This document shows positions 13,701 to 26,382 of a stretch of DNA of 64,000 nucleotides, in pieces; the first letter of the stretch is position 1; each line of letters opens with the position of its first letter. Where the stretch lies: positions 68,448,001 to 68,512,000 of the forward strand of contig NC_042998.1 of the NCBI RefSeq assembly GCF_006345805.1, given 5' to 3'. The stretch is from Octopus sinensis (Eukaryota). Below the pieces are notes generated by a model. That model had not been told where the DNA came from. It ran no database searches and saw only the letters and a list, made by a program, of their open reading frames with translations. A program made the translations under genes and the position numbers.

Positions 13701-16133
13701 CTTTACATCCTGAGTTCAAATCCCACTGAGATCGACTTTGTCTTTCATCCTTTCGTGGCTGATAAATTAAGTACTCCTCCCCTAAATTTGAAGCCTTGTG
13801 CCTATGGAAGAAAGGAAAAGTGCCTCCCTTATTGGAAGTTTTAATTTGTGTACACACTGTGAAACCCTTTGTATCATCCTGTTTTTGTCTTTTACGTTGT
13901 TGTATGTCTTTTAATATTTTTGTAAGTGAGCCCTTGTGGCTGATAAAAGAATAAATTAGTAGTAGTAGTAGTAGTAGTTGTAGTAGTAGTAGTGTTATTT
14001 ACTTTTATTTACACAAATTTATATACAACCTGGAGAAACAAATATAAACCAAAACTAAACCCAAGATTAGTTGTAAAACTAGTCCCGTGAGTACAATACT
14101 TTTCTCTTGATTTGTATTAAACACACCGCTCATTCTGATTTGTCCTAAATACACTGAACTCTTCCACACACACCCAGATATAGCTATGCATTTCCGATTA
14201 TATCGACACAAACTTTTCAGTGGTGCATTCACTATTATACATCAAGTCATCAACAACTGACGTACAGTATATAATACTGTCCCACTGAATATGGCCAATA
14301 ATATTCTAAAACGCCACTGGGTAGAAAACGAAATCAGGTTTGGTACACTCACCATAACGATTGTGTAAAAGCTAATGTCTACGGTAAAATCGTTGAAAAA
14401 TTAGCGTCACAATCCTTTTACAGATCTATAAAACAGCTCGAAAATAAAATAAAAGAAATCACAAGATCATTTCATACTTTACACTCGCACATGGCAACAC
14501 TAGAAGCCATACTTGTCAACGGATGTAGTGCACCAACTGACTCAATTCTAACAGGTCAGGGGTCACTTCAGCAACCCGCTAGCTAGCAACAAACAACATC
14601 CTCATTGAAATCGCTATCTGACCTTAGAAAAACCTCTACTATACCCACATCAAAAACCCTGTCATTATCATTCTCAAGGCAACTGTAAATTTGGCCCCAG
14701 CGGCACCAATAACAAGGGACGCTGGGCTTTTTTCCATACAACCTTATGCCGTAGACTTGTTAAGGGCACCTGTCCATATGGTATAACGGAGAAAAAACTT
14801 CCCTCACCTCCACCCCAAATACTGTCCTAAATACAGAGTCCATGGCCCTGATCCTAAATATGGATGCTCAAAAGGCAATGGATGCACCTTCTTCCATCCT
14901 AAACTGTGCCAAACTTCTGTGTTACTAAGGATGTGCTTGAGCCCAGAATGCAACCACCACCATCTGAAGGGCACAAAACGATCGAAAGATAAATATAAAC
15001 AGCAATAGAGGAGACCTACGACAACAACAAAAACAAAATACAACCAAACAGCGAAGACAGAACTATGGAAAAAACCATAACACCAAATAACATAAACATG
15101 AACTATGTATCCTCAGACCAAGTGACAAACCAAAGAGGTAACTCTTTTTTACTAACTTATCTAGAAAATATGAAGGCCGACCTAAGCCAGGAGATCCAAT
15201 GAGCTATCAGCAACCATTTATGCAAATCACAAGGAACACACACCCACTACCAAATAGAAAACCATACACACACAGCTCCATACAAGAACTACCCTCATTG
15301 CTACCATGAACAACATAAAACATAGGACAATGCAAACATCAAACTACCCTTACCTCGACATTCTTGTTAAATGTATGTGGCATCAACCCATCAATCATTG
15401 TCCCAAAATGGAAGATCCCATATATAGAGAGTTTGCTTGCCGAAATGGAACATTACTTCCCTTTCTTTATCCTTACTGAAACTCACCTAAATAGCACACA
15501 TATGGATGCCGAGGTGAAAATAACAGATTTCACCATCGTCCGTGCAGATCGCACATACCGAAATAAAGGGGGGGGGGCAGCCATCTTTATCCATGACTCC
15601 TTTTCAGTTGATGCCAAGGACATATTTTCCAATGGCTATTGTGAATCTATATCACTTTTCAACAAGGCCAAAGACATAATCATTGTTGGTCTTTACAGGC
15701 CTCCCCAAGCACCTCTAAAGTGCTTTGAAGAATGCCTCAACAAAATCAAGTCCTTCCTTCAAAAATACAACTATGGAAACATACTAGTGATACTAGAAAT
15801 ATTGGTACTTTTGGTAATCTCCTTCAACTAAAAAAAATTGTTTAACCCTCAAAAGAAAAAATTAATAAAATATGAAATTTGAAAAACTTAAACATCTTCT
15901 TTTACACCATTCTTTTACTTGTTTCAGTCATTTGACTGCGGCCATACTGGAGCACCACCTTTTAGTCGAGCAAATCGACCCCAGGACTTATTCTTTGTAA
16001 GCCCAGTACTTATTCTATCGGTCACTTTTTGCCAAATCGCTAAGTTAAGGGGACATAAACACATCAGCATCGGTTGTCAAGCGATGTTGGGGACAAATAC
16101 AGACACACAAACACACACAGATATATATAATAT

Positions 16134-16178
<45 letters not shown>

Positions 16179-17662
16179 ACGGGCTTCTCTCAGTTTCCGT
16201 CTACCAAATCCACTCATAAGGCTTTGGTCAGCCCAAGACTATAGTAGAAGACACCTGCCCAAGGTGCCACACATTGGGACAGAACCCGGAACCATGTGGT
16301 TGGTAAGCAAGCTACTTACCACACAGCCACTCCTGTGCCTATATGATAACATTTTTATAACAAACCATACCAGGCCTGTTGAGGAGGCCAAACATCAACA
16401 ATGTGTCGAAGTATTGAATCAAAAGGATCTAACTCTTTTAATCCAATCTCTTGTCGCCACATTAACTCGATTTTTTAGAGGGGAGGTAACTCAATTTTTT
16501 AATGGCAATTTTTTAATGGGGGTGAGACAACCAAAAAGTACCAAAAGTTACATGCAAAAGTCTGACCTAATTAGGAAAAATATAGAACGTCACAAATATG
16601 AAGTAGAACACCACTCAGTGGAAAAAGAATAGACCAACCATTCTGTACCTATTGAGCCCTTTAATTTCAATTCTATTTGGTGTTATGAGCCAGTCTGTGT
16701 TGTAGGGAAGGATCGGAAGTGAGGGAGTAGGCATGTGGGCCTGTGGATCCCGCTAAAATGGCCACGGGTGGCATGCGGGGTCAGTGAAGTGCAAGGAGGC
16801 AGTCGGTGGCAAACAGCACATCAGAGCAGACATGTGTCACACTGTACAGCGATGGAACGTGCACGTGGACATTGAATCTTGGAGATCGAGACAGAACACG
16901 TGGTCGTTAAAAGTGACCCTTTTTCCAAACTGACAGGTAAGGCTACCACAATTCTCTCTTCGCTTCCATCCTTTTTCACCATTTCCAGGCATAGCGCCAA
17001 TGCTGATCCATTGATATACAACAATATGAAACTCGCTAAGTCATCTATACATTGGAGTCTTGCCACCAACTTAATTTTTTGTAGCCAAGCGGTGACATCT
17101 CCCTCGCCACAAAATGGCCTAACTGACTCAAGAAAAAAAAATGATGGGTATGGTCCATGTTTCAAATGAGAGTAAAAGGCTGGTTTGCATAGGACCAACA
17201 CCCCTACCTAGAAAAAAGCAGTTTCACTAGCATCAATATCAATTCAAAACCAACAAGATCTGAGAAAGAAAAACCTTTTCGCAGGTAAACATGTGACCTA
17301 ATGCAACATGTGACGTAAAGTGGTAGAACTGGAAAAGCCTGGATTCAGTTGGAGAGAAGCAGTAAAAACAGCCCAGAGCTGAGAAAAGTAGAGAAAAGTC
17401 GTCAATGAACTATGCACCATGGGGAGCTAATGGCTTAAATGAATAAAATAATACCTCAATTTCAGCTGTAGAAACCTTCAACAATTTTTCCTTAAATATG
17501 AGATTCTCCTTACATTCCTTCAGATCTTCAGACATTTTGTGTAAAAAGTGCTCCCATTGTAGATGCACTTGGGACTTGTATTCAGTGATCTCAACACGCA
17601 TCAGGTTTTTCTGGGAGAGAGAAAGGTGAATACAAAATAGAATCATTAAGAAGGTATGATGA

Positions 17663-17702
<40 letters not shown>

Positions 17703-18120
17703 CAAAGTGAAGTTGTAAGGTACTGCACGAGTGGAAATATGTATGAAAGAAGGTTTGAAAATGCAATTTTAAAAGATATTTATTCACTTGACCGGATTCA
17801 CTTTTTTTAGAAAAAGATTGTCAAAAGTAAAATGTAAAAGCTTTGTTGTATTAAGAGTGGTTGTCACAAAATATTACAATGCATATATACATTCTTTGAT
17901 AATAATAAGAAAATGTTAAAAACAGTTTACAGGAAAAATTCTGAAAAAATATTAAAAAGTTCGTTAAAAATATTAGGATTTCATTAAAAATCATGTTTGT
18001 TTGGAGGTATCTATGTATATATACACAGAAAATTATAAGTTCAAAAAGGTCACATTTTGGTGGTATATATATATATATATACCACCAAAATATGACCTTT
18101 TTGAACTTTCGTATATATAT

Positions 18121-18163
<43 letters not shown>

Positions 18164-18821
18164 ACTTTATATAATTATGAATATAATTATAATTAGGGTT
18201 CAGCAAAAAAATTTGCTTTGCCACATACCAAACTTTTAGAAATAGCAGCCAAAGAACTTAGCTATTTCTTCTACTATAAGAATATTCTCCCAGACAATGT
18301 ATACTTAAAAACAATACACGTAGGCATAGAGAGAAAAATAACGAAAGTTCACCCAGCATTTGATTACTTGTGGACGCGTTTCTGAGTTAGTTAGATATAG
18401 AGATGCAAGAATTACATCTCTATTCCAACATTCTCGTCATCAGCACAAAGATTTCAATAATTTTAAATTGAAATAAGAATGACCTTCGAACGTTGGGTCT
18501 CACAGAGGCAATGACAAAAGACTGAGACCTCTGGAGATATGCTGTGACTGCGAAGACCCGACAAATAATGTGAGTTTGTGGCTGTTTCCTGCACCGGCTT
18601 CACATAAAAGCCCCAGCCCTTCCAAAGTGCCTTAGATCGCAGGATCGCCTGCTGTACTTACCTTGGATTGGAGGGCGACTTGCTGTGCTTGAGGAGACCT
18701 ATTGAATCAAGTACATCACCATCAACATCAAAAAATCAAATGCCAGATCAGACAGAACCCCGGTTGAACCGTCCAGCCCATGCTAGCATGGAAAACGGAC
18801 ACTAAACGATGATGATGATGA

Positions 18822-18873
<52 letters not shown>

Positions 18874-19905
18874 TCTTTTACTTGTTTCAGTTATTGGACT
18901 TTGGCCATGCTGGAGCACCGCCTTTAGTCGAGTAAATCCACCCCAGGACTTATTCTTTGCAAGCCTAGTACTTATTCTATCAGTCTCTTTTGATGAACTG
19001 CTAAGTTACGGGGATGTAAACACACCAGCATCGGTTATCAAGTGATGTTGGGGACAAACACACACACACATATATATATACATATGACAAGCTTCTTTCA
19101 GTTTCCGTCTACCAAATCCACTCACAAGACTTTGGTCGGCCCGAGGCTATAGCAGATGACACTTGCCCAAGGTGCCACGCAGTGGGACTGAACCAGGAAC
19201 CATGTGGTTGGTCGCACCACAGACTGACATCGAGTATTGGTGTGTTTTTGTCTCCGTAACATAGCAGTTCAACAAAACAGGCCGATAGAATAAGTCTCAG
19301 GCTTACAATGAAAATAAGTACTGGTATTGACCTATTCAACTAAAATTCTTCAAGGTGATGCTCCAGCATGGCCACGGTCTAATGACTGAATCAAGTAAAA
19401 GATATAAAAGATAAGTAAATCCTTTAAGCTTCTTTTGGTTTCATTTGAAAGATAAGATACTGGGAACGATATCAACCTACCTCCTGTCTAATAGCTTCTT
19501 TAGTCCGACTCAATTGAGTGATTTCGTTGCTATACTGCAAGTTAGAACAGACAACAGGTAAGAAGTGTGTTGCTACGATATATATATATATATATATTTA
19601 TCAAAACGACAACCATCATAACAACATACATATAGTATATTATTCAATGCATATAAGATAAGAATACAAGTAGTTATTAAAAAACCTGAATCTCGTAAAT
19701 TATTAAAATCAATTACAGCTGTTTCAGCCTATGGATAATAGAAATACATTGTGCCTATATTAGTCAGGTGTATTGAGGTGGTAAGCAGTTGAAAATGAGG
19801 TATTTATATATATCCCTAGGCCTCGTCAGAGATTATAAAGTACAATCATAAAAATATAAATATATAGATGAAATAAAATACACGCACAATTTAATATATA
19901 TATAA

Positions 19906-19936
<31 letters not shown>

Positions 19937-20395
19937 CACATATATATATATACATATACATACATAAACATATATATACACATATACGTGTACATAAATT
20001 ACATAAATATATAAATAGACATAATTATACATATATACAAGCATATAGACAATTAATTATATATACTGGAGCATACATATACATCCTTATCCATGAGTAC
20101 ACATATAATATTTAATTATTACTAATATTATTGTTATTATTATTATCATTATTAACAATATTAGATTCTGTGTATTCATCTATTCACAAAACATAGTATA
20201 AGAAATTCAAATATAGAATATACTATAATATAATATAAACAGATATTTATGAAAAATATAAGCTTATTAATTTTATAATCACAGTCAATATAGTCATATA
20301 TCATACAATTAATAAAGAGTTATTACATTATTATTCTGCATAATAATTGGGTATTATCCCTTAGTGGATTGGATCCACAGCCCCTAACTTACTTG

Positions 20396-20440
<45 letters not shown>

Positions 20441-22673
20441 TGCGAATTCTTTTTTATATGATGCCGTTTTTATAATCCTGTAAATAATAACAATGGTTTT
20501 TTTATATAAGATTAAAGTTTATGGCAATGACTGTGCAATGACTAAGGAAAATGGTCTAATAAGGGTTCGTATAAGCCCTCAACAGAAAAAAGGCTTTCCT
20601 ATCCGTCTTCTTAGTTTCTGTTGAGGGCTTGTATGCCTCTTTATTAGAATATTTTCCTTAGTCATTGCACAATCATCGCCATAAGCTTATATTAAAATAC
20701 CATTATATATATATATATGTATATGTATATGTGTGTATAAGTTTGCGTGTCTGTGTTTGTCCCCCACAACATTGCTTGACAACCGATGGTGGTGTGCTTA
20801 TGTCTCTGTAACTTAGCAGTTCGGCAAAAGAGACCGATAGAATAAGTACTAGGCTTACAAACAATAAGTCTTGGGGTCGATTTGCTCAACTAAAGGCAGT
20901 GCTCCAGCATGGCCACAGTCAAATGACTGAAACAAGTAAAGAGTAACTAGACTATATGCATTCATATTCTATGCTAGTGGTTCTCAGCTGAGGTCCATAT
21001 GATCCTTTGGGTTCGTATGGACCTTAGGGATCCATATAAAATTTTATTGTTAAAGTTTAGCTGCAATAAATTGCTTATATTTCTATGCAAAATATTTTAA
21101 CAATCTTTTAATTCAATTCCTGATAATATTTAATGATAAAAGGGTTTTTTAAACATCAAACTAGAGTGGTTGTGTGGTAAGTAGCTTGTTCACCAACCAC
21201 ATGGTTCAGGGTTCAGTCCCACTGTGTGGCACCTTGGGCAAGTGTCTTCTACTATAGCCTCAAGCTGATCAAAGCCTTGTGAGTGGATTTGGTAGATGGA
21301 AACTGAAGGAAGCCTTTTATGTGTGTGCGTGTGCATGTGTGTGTATGTGTGTTTGTCCCTCCACCATCGATTGACAACAGATGTTGGCGTGTTTACATCC
21401 CCGTAACTTAGCAGTAAACGAGACCGATAGAATAAGTACTAGGCTTGCAAAGAATAAGTCTTGGGGTTGAGTTGTTTGACTAAGAGTGGTGCTCCAGCAT
21501 GGCCACAGTCAAATGACTGAAATAAGCAACAGAAGAAAACAATATGTGTATGCATAGGCACAGAAGTGTGCAAGCCACTTGTGTGCGAGCTGGCAGAAAC
21601 GTTAGCACACCAGGCGAAATGCTTAGTGGTATTTCATCTGTCTTTAGGTTCTAAGTGCAAATTCTGCTGAGGTCGACTTTGCCTTTCATCCTTTCGGGGT
21701 CGATAAATTAAGTACCATTTACACACCGGGGTCGATGTAATCAACTTAATCCCTTTGTCTGTCCTTGTTTGTCCCCTCTATGTTTAGCTCCATGTGGGCA
21801 ATAAAGAAATAAGAAGCTTGCTTCCCAATCACATGGCTCCATGTCCAGCCCCTTGGGCAAGTGCCTTCTACTATAGCCTCAGACTGACCAAAGCCTTGAG
21901 TGGATTTGGTAGAGGGAAACTGAAAGAAGCCCATCATATGTTTGTGTGTGTGTGTGTATGTGTGTGTTTGACAACAGATGTTGGCATGCTTATGTCCCCA
22001 TAATTTAGTGGTTCGGTAAATGCAACTGATAGAATAAGTACTAGGCGTGCAAAGAATAAGTCTTGGGGGTTGATCTGTTCGACTAAAGGCAGTGCTCCAT
22101 CATGGCCACAGTCAAATGACTAAAACAAGTAAAAGAAATAAAAGGAAAGAAATCAAACGGTTATAAGGGGTGCATCTGAGTAAAATGGGGATTCAAGGTG
22201 CTCGATAGGGTAAAAAAAAAAGTTGAGGACCACTGATCCAAGCCAATAACCAAACATTTTAATCCAGTACAAGTTAATTAAAAATTCTAGGAATAAATTT
22301 TCCCTTAACCTTTTCAGCAATTTCTCTCTGTAATTTCAGTTCCCGCTCAAGTTGTAGGTTTTCCTGATTCAATTTGCTAATATGACTTTCCACATTGTAA
22401 TCAGTACTGCTAATTAATGACACCGAGTCTGCTTGCCTGATGAAAGGTTCAAATTGCTGAATAAATTAAGTAGAGAAACACACATCAGTTATGGTTCTTT
22501 CTTTGTATTTATGAAGTAAAAAAAAAAACATTATTTACATTTGACAGATAGTTGTCCTCATCTCGTTTGTTGTTAACACAACGTTTTGGCTGATATACCT
22601 TCCAGCCTTCATCAGGTGTCTTGGGGAAAATTTTTAACCTAGGTTCTCATTCCTAAGGTATTTTTCGATATTA

Positions 22674-22705
<32 letters not shown>

Positions 22706-22743
22706 TCATTGCCTGGAATCGAACGCGGAATCTTGACCTGAAT

Positions 22744-22783
<40 letters not shown>

Positions 22784-23128
22784 TTCCTAAGGTATTTTTT
22801 TATGTTATTATTATTATCATCATTATTACTATTAATATTATTATTGTTATTATTATTATTGTTGTTGTTGTTGTTTATGTTATTGTTCAAGTCACTGCTT
22901 GGAATCAAACTCAGAATCTTGGGGTTAGTAGCCTGCGCTCTTAACCATTACGCCATATGCCCATGGCATAGTGTTTAAGAGTACGGGCTACTAACCCCAA
23001 GATTCCGAGTTCGATTCCAAGCAGTGACTTGAACAATAACAATAATAATAATAATAATATCAAAAAATACCTTAGGAATGAGAACCCTGACAGACAGACA
23101 GACAGCTAGATAGATAGATGTAGGTTGG

Positions 23129-23179
<51 letters not shown>

Positions 23180-23219
23180 GGAGACAGAGACTGACAGACA
23201 AAGCGAGAGAACAGGCGAT

Positions 23220-23261
<42 letters not shown>

Positions 23262-24034
23262 CCGCATGAAGCTCCTTGTGTTTCTGTTCTTTAATTACTG
23301 TAATATATATATATACATTAATCAAATTAATACGGCTGTCGTTCATTTTGAAAAATTATGAGAGAACAAAAAATCTTATATTTTTTTCCACTTCCTGGTC
23401 AGACAACTGGTGTTGGTTTGTTTATGTCCCTATGACTTAATGGTTCAGCAAAAGAAACCAGTAGAATAAGTGTCAGGCTTAAAATAGAAATAAATACTGG
23501 GGTTGATTCGTTTGACTAAAAATTCTTCGAAGCAGTGCTCCAGCATGACCGCAGTGTAGTGATTGAAACTAGTAAAATATATCGATTAAAGATACATATA
23601 CAAACACATATATAAAATATATCTACTTGCATGTACACGCATGAATGTCATCATGCACACGCATACAAGCACATAAGCACACTTCACAACCACTTGGTTC
23701 CGGGTTCAGTCCCACTGCGAGGCACCTCGGGCAAGTGTCTTCTAATATAGCCTCAGGCCGACCAAGGCCTTATGAGTGGATTTGGCAGACAAAAACTGAA
23801 AGAAGCCCGTCGTATATATGTATATATATCATCATCATCATCATCATCATCATCGTTTAACGTCCGCTTTCCATGCTAGCATGGGTTGGACGGTTCAACT
23901 GGGGTCTGGGGAGCCCGAAGGCTGACCAGGCCAGTCAGATCTGGCAGTGTTTCTACAGCTGGATGCCCTTCCTAACGCCAACCACTCCGAGAGTGTAGTG
24001 GGTGATTTTATGTGCCACCGACACAGGTGCCAGA

Positions 24035-24108
<74 letters not shown>

Positions 24109-26350
24109 TGTGTGTGTTTGTGTATACACACACACACACACACATGCATATATATATTAAATCAGAGGTTATGTTAACCTCATGAGAGGATGGTTTCATC
24201 CTGGTCTAATATTTTGGGGGAATTAATTTCCTTAAAATAATAGGTAAAAATATAAAAACATATAGTTTCTATTCATTTAAAAGAAAAAAAAAAAGAAAAT
24301 GGAGATTGGGAAGTTAATAATTGTTTATTATTAACAGCAAATTAATCATCTTCACAAACAGCTGTTTCAATTAATACTCAGTAAATATTAGATTTATATT
24401 TATACTAGCAGTATCGCCTGGCGTTGCTCAGGTTTGTAAGGGAAATAACTATAAAGCATTTTTAGAGAGTTATAGCCAAAAAATAGCCAAAAAATGGGAA
24501 AAAAATCATGGTAAATTTTTTTTTAGTTAAAAAAGGTCGAGTTGCGTCCCCTAGACAGTCTGTGGTTTGTGTTTCTAATTCTCAACCCCATGTCGAATTT
24601 ATCGATTTTTTTCAGAACTGGGGGAACTTTTCAAAATTTTCGCTGCGTTAGTTTTGAATTATGACATTGGGCTATGTGTGTGTCAAGTTTCATCAGAATC
24701 GGTTGAAAGCCGTGGTCAGGGTGAGGGTACAACCTAACAGACACACAGAAACACACACAGACAAACTGCCGTTTATATAGAGAGAGATAAGCTGAGCATA
24801 TCTTCAGAGGAAAAAGATATAGGCTTGGATGTTGTATATGCGTTTGTATGTATGTTTGTATATATGTATGTTATTATTCAGTTTATTTCAAGATTTCTTG
24901 CCAATAGAAAAAGGACTGGTTTCTAACCTAGACCCAAGGCTCTTTCATTGGAATTTCAACATCAACAACAGGGTATTTTTGTATGTATGTATATATGTAT
25001 TTATTTATGTGTGTATGTATGTTCAAGGTCAATCTGTGCCAAGTGGCTTCACTCTGCATAGTTTAGTTCGTTACTATGGTAACAGTCCCAATACATATTG
25101 ATCAGGCCAAGTACACATGCATCAACATACAGACACAAGCATATGCATGTGTGTCTGCATATACACAAACACTGAAACAGACAGTAATTATATCAGGGTA
25201 CATTAACCCATTAAGTCACACTGTCCTATAAATAGGACACTAAATGAGAACATTAAATAAGCTATATCACATTGTCTCAGTGTCCTATTTATAGGACACC
25301 GAGTATTTCCAGGAGTTTTATTAATTATTTTTTTCCTTTTAACCTATTTTTAATCATTTGTAGAAATTTAAAAGTAATATTCAGAAATTTAAGTACTCTG
25401 GGACTTAATGGGTTAAAAAGGACCACAAAATCCTTTAAATGAATTGATCTATCCAGTTCACAGCCTTGTAGGTATATATTGCACCTGTAGAGAAGGCAAA
25501 TAGGTAAAACGATCTGGGTGTGAAACGAATATAACCAGGTGCTTAGACAGGTGAAAAGCAACCATAATCCGGTATTAGATATCCTGTGGATATTGTGTTA
25601 TTAGTATCCTCTACTCAAAGAGAATGCATTTGATATTGTACTACCAAAGCTTGATCACCCATGTGACTGATAACAACATAAGTACATTCAGAGGAAAAAG
25701 AATACATAGATACATGCATACGAGTGGTTGTGTGGTAAGTAGCTTGCTTACCAACCACATGGTTTCAGGTTCAGTCCCACTGCATGGCACCTTGGGCAAG
25801 TATCTTCTACTATAGCCTTGGGCCAACCATAGCCGTATGAGTGGATTTGGTAGATGGAAACTGAATGAAGCCTGCCATATATATATGTGTGTGTGTGTTT
25901 GTGTGTGTGAGTTTGTCCCCCAAATATCACTTGACATCTGATGCTGGTGTGTTTACGTCCTCAGTAACTTAGCAGTTCAGCAAAAGGGACCGATAGAATA
26001 AGTACTAGGCTTACAAAGAATAAGTCCTAGGGTCGATTTGTTCAACTAAAGGCGATGCTCCAGCATGACTGAAACAAATAAAAGAATAATACATGCATAC
26101 ATAATACATCTCTGCAAGAAACTGTTTTTTTTTTGGTGCGGAGTTTGCGGGCATCACCAATTGGAAGGCACTCAGTCTTATCGTTAAAGGTTCAAAACTG
26201 AACAGTACCATTGGTCAATAACTGATGAAGAATTATGGACCTTCTGTTTATCTCCCGATCATTTTTACATTCAATATACATTATGTTGTTTGTTTATACA
26301 TTTTTCATTTGTGTGTGTGTGCATGTGTGTGTGTGTGTGTGTGAGTGTGG

Positions 26351-26382
<32 letters not shown>

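Noticed and set aside
15919-16632. Longest ORF in the track (237 aa)
   Set aside because: Chance read-through of a SINE, a (TA)n run and a MITE
25420-25484. Strong minus-strand acceptor (TTTGCCTTCTCTACAG) as the missing CEP290 phase-1 exon
   Set aside because: The required frame hits a stop ([16 protein letters not shown]) with no good donor; 23263-23297 fits better
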